Shown one piece after another: positions 50,620 through 63,885 of a DNA stretch of 64,000 nt. Source of the stretch: Callorhinchus milii (taxonomy: Eukaryota). The notes below the pieces were generated by a model. It made no database searches, had not been told where the DNA came from, and saw nothing but the letters and a program-made list of their open reading frames with translations. Position numbers and translations under genes: made by a program. The stretch covers positions 42,906,001-42,970,000 of the forward strand of contig NW_024704742.1 of assembly GCF_018977255.1 (NCBI RefSeq), read 5' to 3'. The stretch's first letter is position 1. The number at the start of each line of letters is the position of its first letter.

Positions 50620-52359
50620 CTGATGGGCACAAAAATAGGCACAGTTAAGCGTGAGTAAAAAAATCAGAAGACAGTGAATGTTTTGGTAGAAGGGGAAAAG
50701 AAAATTTGTTTCCTGGGGCAGACTACATAGATAGCTCACTAGAGATTAGCAGTACCATGTTGCTCAACCAAGCAATTTTTAGAGAAAAATGAAAGATTAC
50801 GGGATTGTAATCTTATCAGTTGCTGGCATCACCCACGTCCGTATCTTGTCTCTTCAGCGAAGATTTCTTTGTGTAGTCAAAGAATGAAAGACGCAGCCTT
50901 CACTGAACAGTTAAGATAGGGAACTGGAACATGAAGGGATGCTGGCATGAACTCAATCCCCCAAATTAACTATTGTCATATTTGAACCGAATATTCAGTG
51001 GAACAATTAAACATAGGATGGGGAAGGGGTGTGTACTCTTGAAGTATTCTGTAGAAGATTTAATCTAACTGCATGACAAATATAGAAAGTTATGAGGGAG
51101 AGGAATTCATTCCAGAATTGCAGCTGAAGATTTTTATAACCACATGTAAAATAATGCAAGGAGTCATTGTCAAACCTGCAGTTATAATGTAATAATCCTT
51201 GCATTTGATTTAGCGTATTAAAAGTCTTTGAGACATCTCAAAGCACTTTGCAGAATATACTTTAAAGTGAATTGACTGTATATTTTTGTGGGTGAAAGTT
51301 CAAGTTAAAGGTTAGTTACTTTATGTTTCTTTGATTCGACGATCATTCATGTTTTTTTATGAATGATCATCGTGAGGTGCATCATGTGACTGGCTCAGCA
51401 CAATGAATCACATCACTGTTTCTGTGATAACAGAAATGCTCCATTTCCAGATGTTTGGAATTTCATTGGCTCCAATTGAAAGTGATGTGGAGAGGCAAAT
51501 GGAGGTGCCCCACATCAACACCATCTGGGAATGACTTCACTCCCAATAGTGGAAACCAGAAACCGTGCTCAGTAAGATTATGGAAATTACATTGTTTGAG
51601 CTAAGAGCATTTGTATTTTTATCTAATTCACTCAAAAATAGGTCCTCAGGCATCAGGACAGTTTTATTCCTATATTATTACAGTACGCATTAGAATGAAT
51701 TCAAAACAAATATTAACTGAGGAACATTTTAAAAGTGCTGTGTTCACCATGACCAATTTAGTCCTATTTTCCCTTGTCTGTCTTTTATTTTCACTATTTT
51801 CAATCTATTTTAACTTTTATTTCCTACACATCTCTTTTATCTCATTTTATTGACGGACCTAGAACTCTCCCCCTCCCCCCTTTAACACCCAGTGACCCCC
51901 ATATATATAAGAACTCATGTGGGGAGCTCCAGACATAATGCTGCAATGTGTAATATTTCATCTCATTTTATTTAGTTTTTTTTCATAGTCTCCTTTTACA
52001 ACAGAGTATCATGACATTAGAACCCCCACCCCTACACACATCAGTTTGGACTTGTTCAGTGGTTTTTTCATCCTGGTTGTTTTCTTTTGAATGGAGTTTA
52101 TATTTTTCTACAGTAATATAATAAGTGTCAGGCCCAACATGCACTGGCAATGGTTAACTTTAGATCTTTGCAAAGATTGTAGTAGTTTTTTTTAGTTGGT
52201 TGTTGTTTTTTTAAAAACTGTAGATGAAATGTAAAATGGTTTTATCTACCTAATATATGATACCTTTTGTTAGGTCTTTTTTACTTAGTGTATGAGATTT
52301 TGAAATGCACATATAATCTCATACCACAAGTCCACAATCTAGTTCTATGAGATGCTTAC

Positions 52360-52568
52360 CATCAAAACTGCATAGTTGTTCAGAGAGTAGCACTGCATTG
52401 TGGTGACATTCTCATCTGATGTGACAATGTGACATCCATCAGATATCCATCCTCCAAAACCATTCCGAATGTTGAAATCCCAGTATGCTCCCACTGGATC
52501 TACCCCATGTGCAATACGACGCAGTGTAACAGTGACAGGGTGGCTGAGGGAATCCAGACTGTTACCAT
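52360..52568 (-). CDS. ADGRA3: ADGRA3 exon containing the GPS motif (GNSLDSL...QCYSLNNYAVLM), 209 bp
   Basis: Acceptor taaaag|AT, donor ATG|gtaagc. Confidence 0.96.
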
Positions 52569-53060
52569 CTTTTAAAAAAATTATAAGGATTAAAAAAATC
52601 ACACTAAGTAACAACCATTATATCCATAGATGGATACAATCAAAACAAGCTGAATTTCTTGCTCTTGAGATTTAAAATTCTTATGATGATTAATTATATT
52701 ATTATTAATAAGATTATGTTTGATAAAGTTCCTTATAATAAACTGTCTCTAACTGCTTCAGATTTTTTTTCTGTGAAGTGTAATGACTTTGTATTTGTAG
52801 TATTTTCAATCCTTCAATCCTCAATCCTTACACAATTAAATGGGTTTGTATAAATGGATTCCTTTTCTATTTTGTAATAACAAAATAATATTTTTTTAAA
52901 ATCAGTGTCAGTCTCCGTGTGCCATCCAATGAACAATGTGTGCCAGTTTACTGTGTGTCACCCAATTCGCTGTACAGTGTCATCTGTGGTGTGAAATACC
53001 AGATGGAAACAAAAATTACAAAATGGCAGCTAGATGCTGAGACCACAAACTCTAACCTAC

Positions 53061-53268
53061 CTATCTTTGTGTAGATCACAGGGGAGGCCACACTCCGTCT
53101 CTTCCCATCATCTGCCAAATTTGTTGAATTCCCTGTGCTTGGAAAGAGTTTGCCATTCCGGAAAGCAATAAGTTGCAATTTGTAGACTGCATCTTCCATT
53201 GGTGTTGTCATAGAATAGTGGGTAAGCAAAGATGGTGGCAACTGAATAGATGCCTCCGCAATTGTATT
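53061..53268 (-). CDS. ADGRA3: ADGRA3 exon (GAIN, NTIAEASIQLPPSL...PVIYTKI), 208 bp
   Basis: Acceptor ctgtag|AAT, donor G|gtaggt. Confidence 0.96.
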
Positions 53269-53597
53269 CTACAGAGAGCATTTCAAATAAATACTTTGAG
53301 AATGTTCACATATCGCAATGCATCCTTACAGCTAAAATTAATTATACATCTGCAAAAGGAAAAATATTCCACAGAAAGGCTCTAAGTACAATAAAACACA
53401 CAATTCATTTTTCTACTATTGATCTTTCTAGGGCAACAATTGACACATAACAATAAGAGTGAGTACAGAGACTGAAATTAAAATTATTCATTAGGTCTGA
53501 GGCAACAATCAGCCATTCTTGGAGAATGTCAAATAGTTAATTGTAGTCATAGAGGCAGATGAACCCAAATTTAGATTTTAACTGTACAGCTTCGTTC

Positions 53598-54165
53598 TTT
53601 TTTTTTGGTCAGCCGAATGTCTGACATATGCGGAAACCCATCACAATGCTTAAGAGTATCCAAACCAAGCTGAGATTTCCATGCATCCCACCTACATATG
53701 GAAATCTCAGAGATAGACTGTTGGAATGGAATGTACACTCTCTCCCTGGAGGGACGTATCCTGCTTACATAATTCCGGAAAGTATTAGGCCCTGGTTGGC
53801 AAGAACCAAGACTTGGGGACCCCGGAGTGGGTGTTGGGTACTACTGGAGTCTAATCAGCTAAAACTGCATAGCTTGCTATTGAGCTTGGCAAGCTTTCCT
53901 GCTGCTTGTCCAGCTTGGACCACCCTACCTGTTAGTGCTTTGGCTTGCAGGGTTAACAGGAGCTGAATGGGATGTCTGCCCCCAGTGACTGGTCTGCGCT
54001 TCCAGGTCCCGCTGATGAGTCAGGCTGTGCTGTTATCAGCAGTGCCCTGGAATACTGTGGACTCACCAGGTTCAGGAACTGGACTTCCATTATCAGGCTT
54101 CTTATCCTGGAGCCAGTTTAGCTCCAAGGAGACTCCACTTACACCCCCTGTACCCCCTCCGAAAT
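53598..54165 (-). mobile_element. Family X repeat copy (tail half), intronic
   Basis: Starts with a T-run + ggtcagccgaatgtctgacatatg; similar to 16500-16990. Confidence 0.75.
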
Positions 54166-54614
54166 GAGGATAATCATTTTTCGTTTCACAGTACGTCAAA
54201 ATACACTCATTTCAGAAAAGCCATGTGAGGGCAGCAAAACGAGGTGCTTTTCACTCTCCACACATCCAAATCTGTGCTGTTCTGAAACTTGGCGCTTCAT
54301 TGCGCACCTCCTTGATGCTTTATGGCATTACACAGCTAATAGACATGCAACCTTTTAAGGAAAGAAAGGCCTGTATCTATCTCAGCCTCTTTGTATAAAT
54401 TTGATTGAATGTGATCAATCTTGGGCTATTGGTAATTTTTGTATGATTGTTCATCACACCAAATGACCAGGATTCACACTGCTCATCAATTTAGAAAGGA
54501 ATTTATGTGAGTCAGATCTACATAGAACTGCTGGGTCTAGCAATAGTAAACCTCAGAACACTGTTAAAATGACACATCACATACCCAGAAGTTATGAAGT
54601 GATTTGTGCATGAG

Positions 54615-55312
54615 TATTAGGATCTTGAAATCAATCCGTTCTGTAATTTGCAGCCAGTGGAGCCTGGCAGGGACTGGGGTGATAGGGGTGCAGAGTTTAG
54701 TACGGGTAAGGATATGGGCGGTGGAGTTTTGAATTAATTAGATTTTATGAATGATGGTGCTGGGGATATGGGCAAGTAGGGCATTAGAAAAATTGAAGTG
54801 GGAGGTGATGAATGTGTAGTTAAGAGGTTTCAGCTGTGTTACGTGTGAGGTATGGTCGGAGGCGTGCGATGTGATGAAGGTGGAGGAAAGTTGTCCTAAT
54901 CACTGTGGAAGGACAGCTGGGGAACAAACCTGACGCCTAGGTTGGGCACAGGTTCTGTAAGTTGTATGGAAAGGCTTGGAGGATAAGGAGGTCAGAGCTG
55001 CAGGTGAGAAGATGCTGGTGGGAGCCAAGGAGCATGGCTTGCGTCTTGTCAACATTCAACTGCAGAACGTTGGTGCGCAACCAGATGTTGATATCTGACA
55101 ACCAAGCAGACAGTGTACTTGGGTTGATGGGTGGAGGAGGAAACATAGATTTGGGTGTCACTCCACATACATGTGGAAGTTGACCCCATGTCTGCAGTTG
55201 ACATCACCAAGACGGAGCAAGTAAATGAGGAAAAGGGCAAGAATAGAGCCTTGGGGTATGCTGCAAATGACCATGTGGAGGCGTGAGGAGAAACTGTTTG
55301 CAGAGATGAAGC
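54615..55312 (-). mobile_element. L2 RT fragment, intronic
   Basis: LSDINIWLRTNVLQLNVDKTQAML translation. Confidence 0.82.
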
Positions 55313-55671
55313 AATGACGGTGGGTCAAGTAGGGTTAAGCGCTCTGAGACCCTACCCTGCGTGGAGGGTGCTATATAAGTGCAAGCTGTTGTTGCAAGCT
55401 TCATTCCTCTCATCTCCAATAACTTGTCAATCATCTCACCTTTCACCTGTTACATTTCTGTCTTTATTAATGTATCTGTCTATGCAATTGGGTAGAAATA
55501 TACAGGACCTCTTGCCTACACATAAAATTTATTGCAGGAATCCTTGTATAATTCAACCCAATTGCATAGAAAATCCATAGAATTTTATTGCTTATACATC
55601 ATCTTGTCGGCGGAGGGAGTGGACTTGATGGAATTAATCCTTTTCTCAACCCATGATTTCTGTATTTTTAC

Positions 55672-55884
55672 CTTGATTACAAAACTGGAAAGTGTGTTGC
55701 TGATGTTGCCGGGGCTGCACTTGAAACTGAACTGCTTGTCCAAGTTGCCATCTGGGTCTCGCCGCCCAAAGTCAGCAAGTCCTGTTCTATCCGTCACAGC
55801 TACTTTTTGGAACACAGTGCAGGTCATCCCACTGAAGCCATTAGCCTTGATCACAGAAGCCTCCATTGCAATGTTCGGAGAATA
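55672..55884 (-). CDS. ADGRA3: ADGRA3 exon (GAIN, YSPNIAMEA...SSFVIK), 213 bp
   Basis: Acceptor gtgcag|TAT, donor AAG|gtaaaa. Confidence 0.95.
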
Positions 55885-56128
55885 CTGCACAAACATGAGA
55901 CAAGTTATTAGTAAAGTAAACATTTTTTTGGTAAGATGATACCAAGAACATCAGGGCCCGACAGATATCATAGCCTTCTCACCAGAACATCAGAGGAATG
56001 ATAGTCCTCATTTTATTTTAGCAAATATTCTTGTTGTTGGCATGGGAATGAATAGTCAGAGATTGTCATCTTTTGCACTTTAGCCTGGATTGAAACAAAT
56101 GCGAAATATTTCAAAGGCAAATTCTCAC

Positions 56129-56290
56129 CGTTGAATAAACATGCACTCCGTTGGCTAGTCTGTAAGTGGGAATACGTTGCAAACATTGAACTATTCGAGT
56201 ACAGGCTTTTGCTTCCCGCTGAGCCATCCAAAGGACATGTTCATCTGCTAACATGATGTTACTAGCAATATCCACCATAACATCACCAAG
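56129..56290 (-). CDS. ADGRA3: ADGRA3 exon ([18 protein letters not shown]...VHVYST), 162 bp
   Basis: Acceptor tttcag|CTT, donor ACG|gtgaga; 54 codons translated by hand. Confidence 0.96.
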
Positions 56291-56384
56291 CTGAAAGAAT
56301 TAAAAAAAAGATCAGTAGCTAGAAAGAATAAAATAATTTGTCAGAACAGCAATTCTGCAACTCTGAAGCCTTTAAGATTGTGTA

Positions 56385-56768
56385 CACAATAATAATGTCT
56401 GGAGGATGTCTCAAAGTCCTTCACAGGATTTACTGCAAAGTGTAGTAACTATAAGGTAGGTGAACACTGCAGTCAATTTACACATAGCAATGTCCCACAA
56501 ACAGCCATGAAGTGAATGACCAATTTTATTTGGGGGATTGTTGGCCAGGAGATCAAGAGAAATTCCCTTCTCTATTTAAATGGTTTCTTTAAAGTCCAGC
56601 TGAACAGGTAGAGACAAAACTTTGGTTTAATGTTTCATCTGAAGAACTGAACCTCCATCAATGAAATGTCATTTAAAGTGTCAGCCTACATTGTGCGGTA
56701 AAAATACTGATGTGAGGCTTGAACCCAAAACGTTTTGACTTAAGAGGTGGGAGTGCTGCCAACTGACC
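56385..56768 (-). mobile_element. Family B SINE, intronic
   Basis: Collinear similarity to 14524-14968. Confidence 0.72.
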
Positions 56769-56891
56769 GGATAATTGAAACTATATCAAAATAAAAGCTT
56801 TAGTTGCAAGTCACAAATGCATGGACAGTCATTTGTGTTAGAAAAAAGCTATACCTTAGTTCCACTGCCAGAAACAACATAACCAACTCAC

Positions 56892-57041
56892 TTCTTTGTA
56901 CTTCTCTGTAAACCGGCCAAACTTTTCAATCATTTCAGCAACAAAGAGGACATCCATCTTGTCTGAGAAGTTTGCAGCTTCCACAGTGTATGCCAGCAGT
57001 TGTCGTGCTGTGGCCACAGCATTGGTGAGATTCAGGGGCAT
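56892..57041 (-). CDS. ADGRA3: ADGRA3 exon (GAIN, MPLNLTNAVATARQLL...TEKYKE), 150 bp
   Basis: Acceptor aaacag|ATG, donor GAA|gtgagt. Confidence 0.96.
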
Positions 57042-58009
57042 CTGTTTTTATTAAATTCAGAACATAAACAGCGTTGTCGTAATCACTTGGTACCAGAACA
57101 TTTATTGAGCCATCAGCCTAATGGCTTTACCCAGGTAAGCAATATACAGGGACAATATAGAACTAAAAAAAAAAAATGTACAATATAGTAGGAAGCCATT
57201 CAGCTCATTTCTTTGTGTGGTGCTTTCTCCTCGAAGTAGCCATTCATCCTCATCCCAATTCCTCGCTCTTTACCTATACCTTTAAGATATCCTTCCTCGG
57301 CATGTGCTTATCCAATTTGCTTTTCAACACTCCTAATTGACTCTGCACTAAATCACCCTGGCAACTCATTCTATTCGTTGGCAGCCCTCTGGGAGAAAAC
57401 TCTTCGAAAACTCTCCTTTTGCCTCTACAATTTCTTCCCTTAATTCTGTTAATACCTTGGGGTGGAAACCATCTGTGCCTGGAGATTTCTCTGACTTCAG
57501 ACCCATTGGTATATCAATTACAATTTTCTGTATACAATCAAACCTTTAGCTTTTAAGTCTTTATAAAAAGATGCACAAGATCAAGGGCATGTATTTCAAG
57601 CCTTGCTAAAATTCTTTATCTTTCAGTAGCGTAATCACTTTTTTAAACAATAAAACCAAATTGGAATAAATCCCAGGTCAAATATATATTTAATGACTAT
57701 GTCACCAATTATTAAGCATTCAATGGCACTTGGAAATACATATCTAAAGAGGCATCTCTGTTGCACCAGCAGTAAATCAGATTTACATTTCCTGTGACAC
57801 AATATTAGCTGGAGCTTGTTAAAACAATAGGTTTCATATCTCACATTTATAATAACCATTGCTATATTACTTTAAATAAGACAGTATTGAAACACAAAGG
57901 ATTTCCATGCTTAAAGTATTTTAGCAGAATTTAGAATGCAGAATTAAACCCAGACATTTGCACAGCACAAGGTAAAGTTGTCTGACACAAGAGAATACAC
58001 ATTATGTAC

Positions 58010-58211
58010 CTGATTAAACATGTAAAGCACCCGTGTAACATCATTTGCATACTGGCATCGCGAATAGTCATCCTCGGCCCAAAATCCACCTCGATCGCAT
58101 TTACGCCACACTTTCCTTTCATCTTGAGAGCTACCAGGATATATACCAGTACCTGCAGAATAACGGGTACAGAGCAGGTAGGCAGTGATGCCAGCTAGTG
58201 TGCGAGGCCAC
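58010..58211 (-). CDS. ADGRA3: ADGRA3 exon (HRM domain, WPRTLAGITAYL...VLYMFNQ), 202 bp
   Basis: Acceptor tcgcag|G, donor CAG|gtacat; translated by hand (this frame is absent from the ORF track). Confidence 0.96.
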
Positions 58212-61200
58212 CTGCGAATCAGTAAAAATAAGATGGATTTATTTCATGTCAACAATTTCTATTATAGTTGAGATAAAATTAACCGCCAAATACAGCATCA
58301 CACTGGACTTGAAATGTGGTGCTAGTTTGTCGAACTGAATGAACAGACAACAAACCAACCTGTAGTTAACATCTTAATTCTAAGGAAACTCTGCATCATT
58401 ACTGAAAATGTAGATTCCAGTGTCTCCACTATACGTAGAATCAAACCTGTTCAAGCAACCACCTCCACATTGCAAGCCACAAATATAAACCAGTTAACAT
58501 CTAGTACATTACACAGCAGCACTAGGATCATGTGTGTAGCAGTGCAAATAACACATGTGCACCATAATGAGGATGAGGGTGGGTGGGTGGGGAGGGAATT
58601 CACAGCAAAACTCTAGCTGCATGCTGAAACCCATGCACGGTGTGCAACCTCTTGTGCTTCTAATACATTTGCACTAGCACAGTTCAGCTAAATAAATTCC
58701 ACTCAATGTGAAATGGAAAATATGCAGGGTCTTTTAACCTACAGTACACATGCTTATTTTGTAGAGAAACCTGCAGTTAATCCTGTCCAGTAACATGAAG
58801 TGTTTGGTTAAGTGTTAGCTGAGTAAACAAAGCTAAAAAATAGGCAAAAGACAAAGAAAGAAATTAAGGATCATGCGAAAAGGGACGTGCAATAAATGAG
58901 AAAATAAAAAATAACAACCATACTTGCTTCTTCCCATTATAGGGACAAGCACTGCATTTTTCATGGGTTGGAAAAGGATGAACATTCGAGTTGACAGTTT
59001 AAGAGACTGCAGTGAAATTTACAACAGCTTGCATTTAAATACAGTGTAAATAAACACACTATTTCACAGGTGGGGAAAATGCCTTGTGTATGTTTCTATT
59101 GTGAGCAAAATGTTGTAACTGGTACTTTACCGAAGAACTTCATAAAGTAGCAGCAATAAGGGAAAAACTTAGGGCAGCATGACTGGTTGCTATAAGCTTG
59201 CATGGGAGTGCAGCCAGAGGTGTGCTTTTACATATGTATGAGAGGGATGTAAAAGTCAATTTACCAAAATAAATAGATATCAACACAGATTAATAATGGT
59301 CGACCTTAAGGATATCAAGAGATCAAACAGCAAAAAACAATCCGAACTTCTTAAACAGCTGGCAGGAATAGCACTTCAGCTGAAGAGACAGTAAAATGAA
59401 AGGATTAGACAGTAATGTGAGCTTGAATGTTTTTTGTTTTTATAGAGCAGCTTTTGGGAAGGTAGGGCTTATAAAAGGAACAAGATATTCTCTGTATTAT
59501 TGTAGAAATAATTACGTGCGGCCACTAATCCTTCAGTCTTTGAACAAATTTTAGAATGAGACAGATGAAGCTCGGGCAAGGCTTAAAGGGATATGGAATG
59601 GTTTACAATTTTGGTTTTGTTCACAGAAGTAATTTGTTTTGATTTCAGCGCCAGGGAATTGAGGGAGGAAACTGATAGATTAGGAGTACCCTCGTACTGC
59701 CAGGCTAACTTTTTATTTGAAAAAATGAAAGCAACACAGGACAGAAATGTTTTGTAACATTCCAGCTAACAGTTATTCTTCCAAATCCTTTAAATTTGCT
59801 AAACTCTTTAAGTGAAAAATAAAACGTAATATTGATTGACAAAACAACGGAACAAAGCACAATGCGGTTGGTGTATTTTTCTGTAGTGTAAACTGATGTT
59901 TCACAAAACTGGCAATTGTGCGCTGTGCAGGCAAAGAAAATGCTCTGGTTGCCAGGTTCTTTTCAACTTGTAAAAATACACTGGAAGTAAGTATAAAATG
60001 CTGCTCAATTACACGCTGTGCACGCGTTTCGGCGTGCATGCACAGCTCTGCTGGGACCCCAAGTTCATGACAGCATACGTGGATAGCATAACTGCATATT
60101 TTTTATCTGCACTGGTACACAAATGATCCCAGTGCTGCAACAGCAAGTGTAGTGTCCCAGACATCAACAGTATTACATTCGTGACCAGCCAGAACACTCC
60201 TAAAATGCAATCATTTGTAGTCGGTAACATGTAGTCTCTTTGGGAAACAAAACAGTGTTCAATAATAATAATCCTTGCATTTTGATTCAGTGCCTTATCA
60301 CGTCTTTGAAACATCTCAAAGTGCTTCACCGAATATACTATAAAGTGAATTGACTGTATATTTTGTGGGGGAAACATGTAGTTTCTTTGGATACTATTAA
60401 TATCATCAATGTTTGGTCAGATATTCCCATTAAATTGACGGGCTGTCCATTAACTGCTCTGTGCCCAACTGAGCCTTCTTCCAGTCACAAAAGTGGGAGA
60501 AAGGAAACAATCCTCTCCCTTTCCTGTCCTTTATCTTGAAGACGCTCAAGGGGACATGAGCTGTACTTTAACCCTGCAACCAACACCTTTCTTTTAAAAA
60601 CAAACAGAATTCTTGGTAACTAAAGAGCGTTTATTCCTGTTGATTTTAATCTTTTTGTTTGAACAGCAACTACTGATATCATCAAAGTTACTGGTCTGGA
60701 AGAAGTACTGAGCTCAACAGTGTGAAAAAGCTCGATCTGGCAAAAGTGGAACCATTAACACAGGCTGGTTTAGCATTTGTCATTGAAACTAGGTGTGTAA
60801 TTCACCTCAATCCATTCAAAATCACACCGACTCTTCCATAGAGCTATTAAAAATATATTTAACAACTTCATCATTTAATTAAAATTAAAAAATGGAAGGA
60901 ACTATAAATATTATACATTTAAAGTGTGCTACAAATAAGCAATTCCAGGTTCTGGCATCATAACACACAATGTTTCCACACCTGCCCACTCATGATGAAT
61001 CATTTATTAAAACTGATCTCTTTTGGATTTTGCACATATAATAACCATAAAAAAAGTGATGGGAAAATTCATTAAATACTTGAAATAATTGCACTATGGT
61101 ATTGACTGACAACAGATTCGCCATAGTCTAATTAACGTTTCCGCAACTCTGGAGCACAAGAATGCACAAATAGGAAAAGACCATCTGGCCAGTCCCAAAA

Positions 61201-62069
61201 GCGCAAGTGATGGTTAGCTTTGAATATAAACTCTTCCAGACAATGACATGCTGCAGAAATTGCATTGCAGGGGTGGAAGGTGCAGACTTTTTCAATCTGG
61301 CAAAAGGCTGTCCTTAGCAAGGCTGGATGGTGTTTAATATCCCAAACTGAAGAGTCATTGAAGGTTTTACAATAACGCTGAACTTCAAGAGAATCCCTCT
61401 GCTTCTAGTCTGTGTTTTAGTGTGTCACAGATTGCTGAATGATTTTCTGGAACTGAATATAATAATAACGATCCTTACACTATCATAGTGTCTCTCACGT
61501 CGGAAGTATACCCCAAAGTGCTTCACAGGATATACTGTAATGCAGTGACAGTGTGTTTTGTGAGCCCAGATAACAAAACTATCATATGATTGAGATATTG
61601 CAAAGGATTCTCTTGCAGAACAAAGCTTGTGTTGAAATCATACAGACTTTACAGCACTCGAAGTGAATGGATCTGTATGTTGGGACAGAGCCAGAGAGAT
61701 CAGATGGCCAGTCTTCTGCAGGCCTTTGCTTTTCCACATACGTCCTTTGCACTTGAAAATATTTGTCACTCAGATCATCTCGCTTTTGAAACAAAAGTGA
61801 TCTTCAAACCTTTATGTTAGAAAAATTAAAATGAGTTATTGTCTTAAATATTCGTAAATACTGGTGCTAATTTCCAAGATTGCATTCCTGTAGAAAGAGA
61901 TTTTTTTTTCCAAAACATCTTTTTTAGTCAAGGTTATACATTACATTTAGCTTTCAAGAGAACAGGAGTGTCAGTGCATCTCAATAATGCCTTAGTTAGT
62001 AATTCTACCATCATAAACTTATTAACTGTAATCGGCAGTGTGATGAGCTGTATCATTCATATTATATAG

Positions 62070-62379
62070 AAATAATAATCCTTGCATTTGATATAGCACT
62101 TTTCACGTCTGCTAGACGTCTCAAGGTGCTTCACAGAATATACTGTAAAGTGAATTGACTGTATATTTGTGGGTGAAACGCGGCAACCAATTGCGCACAG
62201 CAGTGTCCCACTAACAGTCATGGATTGAGTGACCAAATTATTATTTTATTTTTTTCTTGAGGGATTATTATCAGGCATGTGGAGTAAGGAAACTTGCCCA
62301 AGGTTTCGCCCTGCCGGGAATCAAACCCAGGTCTCTCGCTTCAAAGTCGAGTGCTCTAACCATTGAGCTAGAGGACTCC
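62070..62379 (-). mobile_element. Full-length tRNA-derived SINE (family A, short form), intronic
   Basis: Complete head to (TTA)n tail. Confidence 0.9.
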
Positions 62380-62508
62380 ACTAAGGAAAGCACTTTAATT
62401 CAACACAACGTGTTTATTGAAGTAAAAAATACATGAGACAAGTATGAAAACCTTTTGTCTATTTGGCAAGAAGTAACTTTTTTGTGTGGGATCCTTATTT
62501 CTACCAAC

Positions 62509-62673
62509 CTGAAGTTCCCTTTGTTATTCATCACTCTTTCAGGTGGGCAGTACTGAGCTGAACTCTCTAAGACAACTATGTCAACTTGCTTTGTATTGTT
62601 CCCACGTTTTGTTCGAACACGACATTCCCAGTTTCCAGTGGAGCCCATTTGGATATTTGAGATTGTCAGGGCA
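62509..62673 (-). CDS. ADGRA3: ADGRA3 exon (Ig end/HRM start, ALTISNIQ...NNKGNF), 165 bp
   Basis: Acceptor atgcag|T, donor AG|gttggt; phase matches neighbours. Confidence 0.96.
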
Positions 62674-63671
62674 CTGCATTTAAAAACAGATAAATTCGTG
62701 TTTAGCAGAAACAACACACACAGTTGGATAATCCTGAGCTTTGTGTTTGCTTTTACTATAAATATCCAGAGCTGTCAAGATATATCAACTGCAAGCAAAT
62801 GAATGTGCATTAACCATGAACTGAACTCTGAAGTGGTTCATTACTTCTTAAAGCTATTAGCTGCTATATAGTGATTTTTCCATGCTGAAATAATTTAAAA
62901 TTGAGAATATGATTTTAAAGCAATTCAAAGTATTTAAGAATCTTAATGCTGAGCACAGAATTTATATATTCTCTGAAAATGCAGAATTGCTAAATATTGC
63001 ATAGGATATCAAAAATATTTCTTAATTCACGTTTGACTCATAAGGTTAAACATGTTTTTCAACCATGAGATTATATTTCAATAATTACATCAATATATTA
63101 ATGCTTAAATTGCTTGCAAGGAAAGCAAAACTTCAGGTCTCCATAGGGTTGCCAGTTTTCAGCTCAAATATTCTCAAATAGCTTCATAGCTGAAACATTA
63201 ACACTTTTGGAGTTGGGAATGAGGCCCACAATGTAACCACGTTATAAGCAAATTTGCACTCAAGTGAAACACATTATAATGGGATTCCACTGGATTATAG
63301 AAATAGCTATTCCTTATATTTGAGTGGCTTTATTACTCTAATGTTACTTTCAGCATCACACAACTCACAAAGCTATTTTGACCTTCCATCAGGCTACGAG
63401 TTAATGCAGAAGTTAGTAGATACAGTATGTTGTAGGATCAACAGAATATTATAAAAAGACACAACTGACCGAAGATTACAAATGTAGAATGTGCGCAATT
63501 TACAGTTTAATATATTTAGCGTGTCACTTAAATTTAGTTGTAAAGTCTAAGAAAATGTTGTACTTTGTTTTGGTTTTTCATGCTGATTAATGAATATGTT
63601 CACAAAAAACAAACTACTATACGGTTATCTATGCTTTAGGCTATTGAATGTTATATCAATTGATTCATTAC

Positions 63672-63885
63672 CTTGCAATAAGGGAACAATTATGGATCAT
63701 ATTTTTTTCAACCAAAATGCCTTGGGACTCATCTGTTTCCACTATTTTTCCATCCTGGTACCAGAGTACCTGCATGTCTTGATCAATATATGAGGCCATG
63801 CATTGGAAAGGGAGGCTGTCTCCCTCAAACACCACCTGGCGATGGGAAGGGGTCAACTGAAAGGATGGCAGCTCAAGAGGCGTAT
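63672..63885 (-). CDS. ADGRA3: ADGRA3 exon (Ig domain, TPLELPSFQLTPSHRQVVFEGD...NCSLIA), 214 bp
   Basis: Acceptor aacag|AT, donor AG|gtaatg; 2 nt + 70 codons + 2 nt. Confidence 0.96.

Larger units (their letters stand above)
34917..63885 (-). other. ADGRA3: ADGRA3 (GPR125) gene, 3' portion: 13 coding exons plus 3'UTR; 5' exons lie outside the window
   Basis: Spliced translation follows vertebrate GPR125 from PLELPSF..TPSHRQVVFEGDSLPFQC to RTGFWRNETTV*. All 12 internal introns are GT-AG and phases match. Confidence 0.97.

Noticed and set aside
51337..51372. 14-bp-arm hairpin with T-rich loop
   Set aside because: Short, one mismatch, no supporting context; likely incidental.
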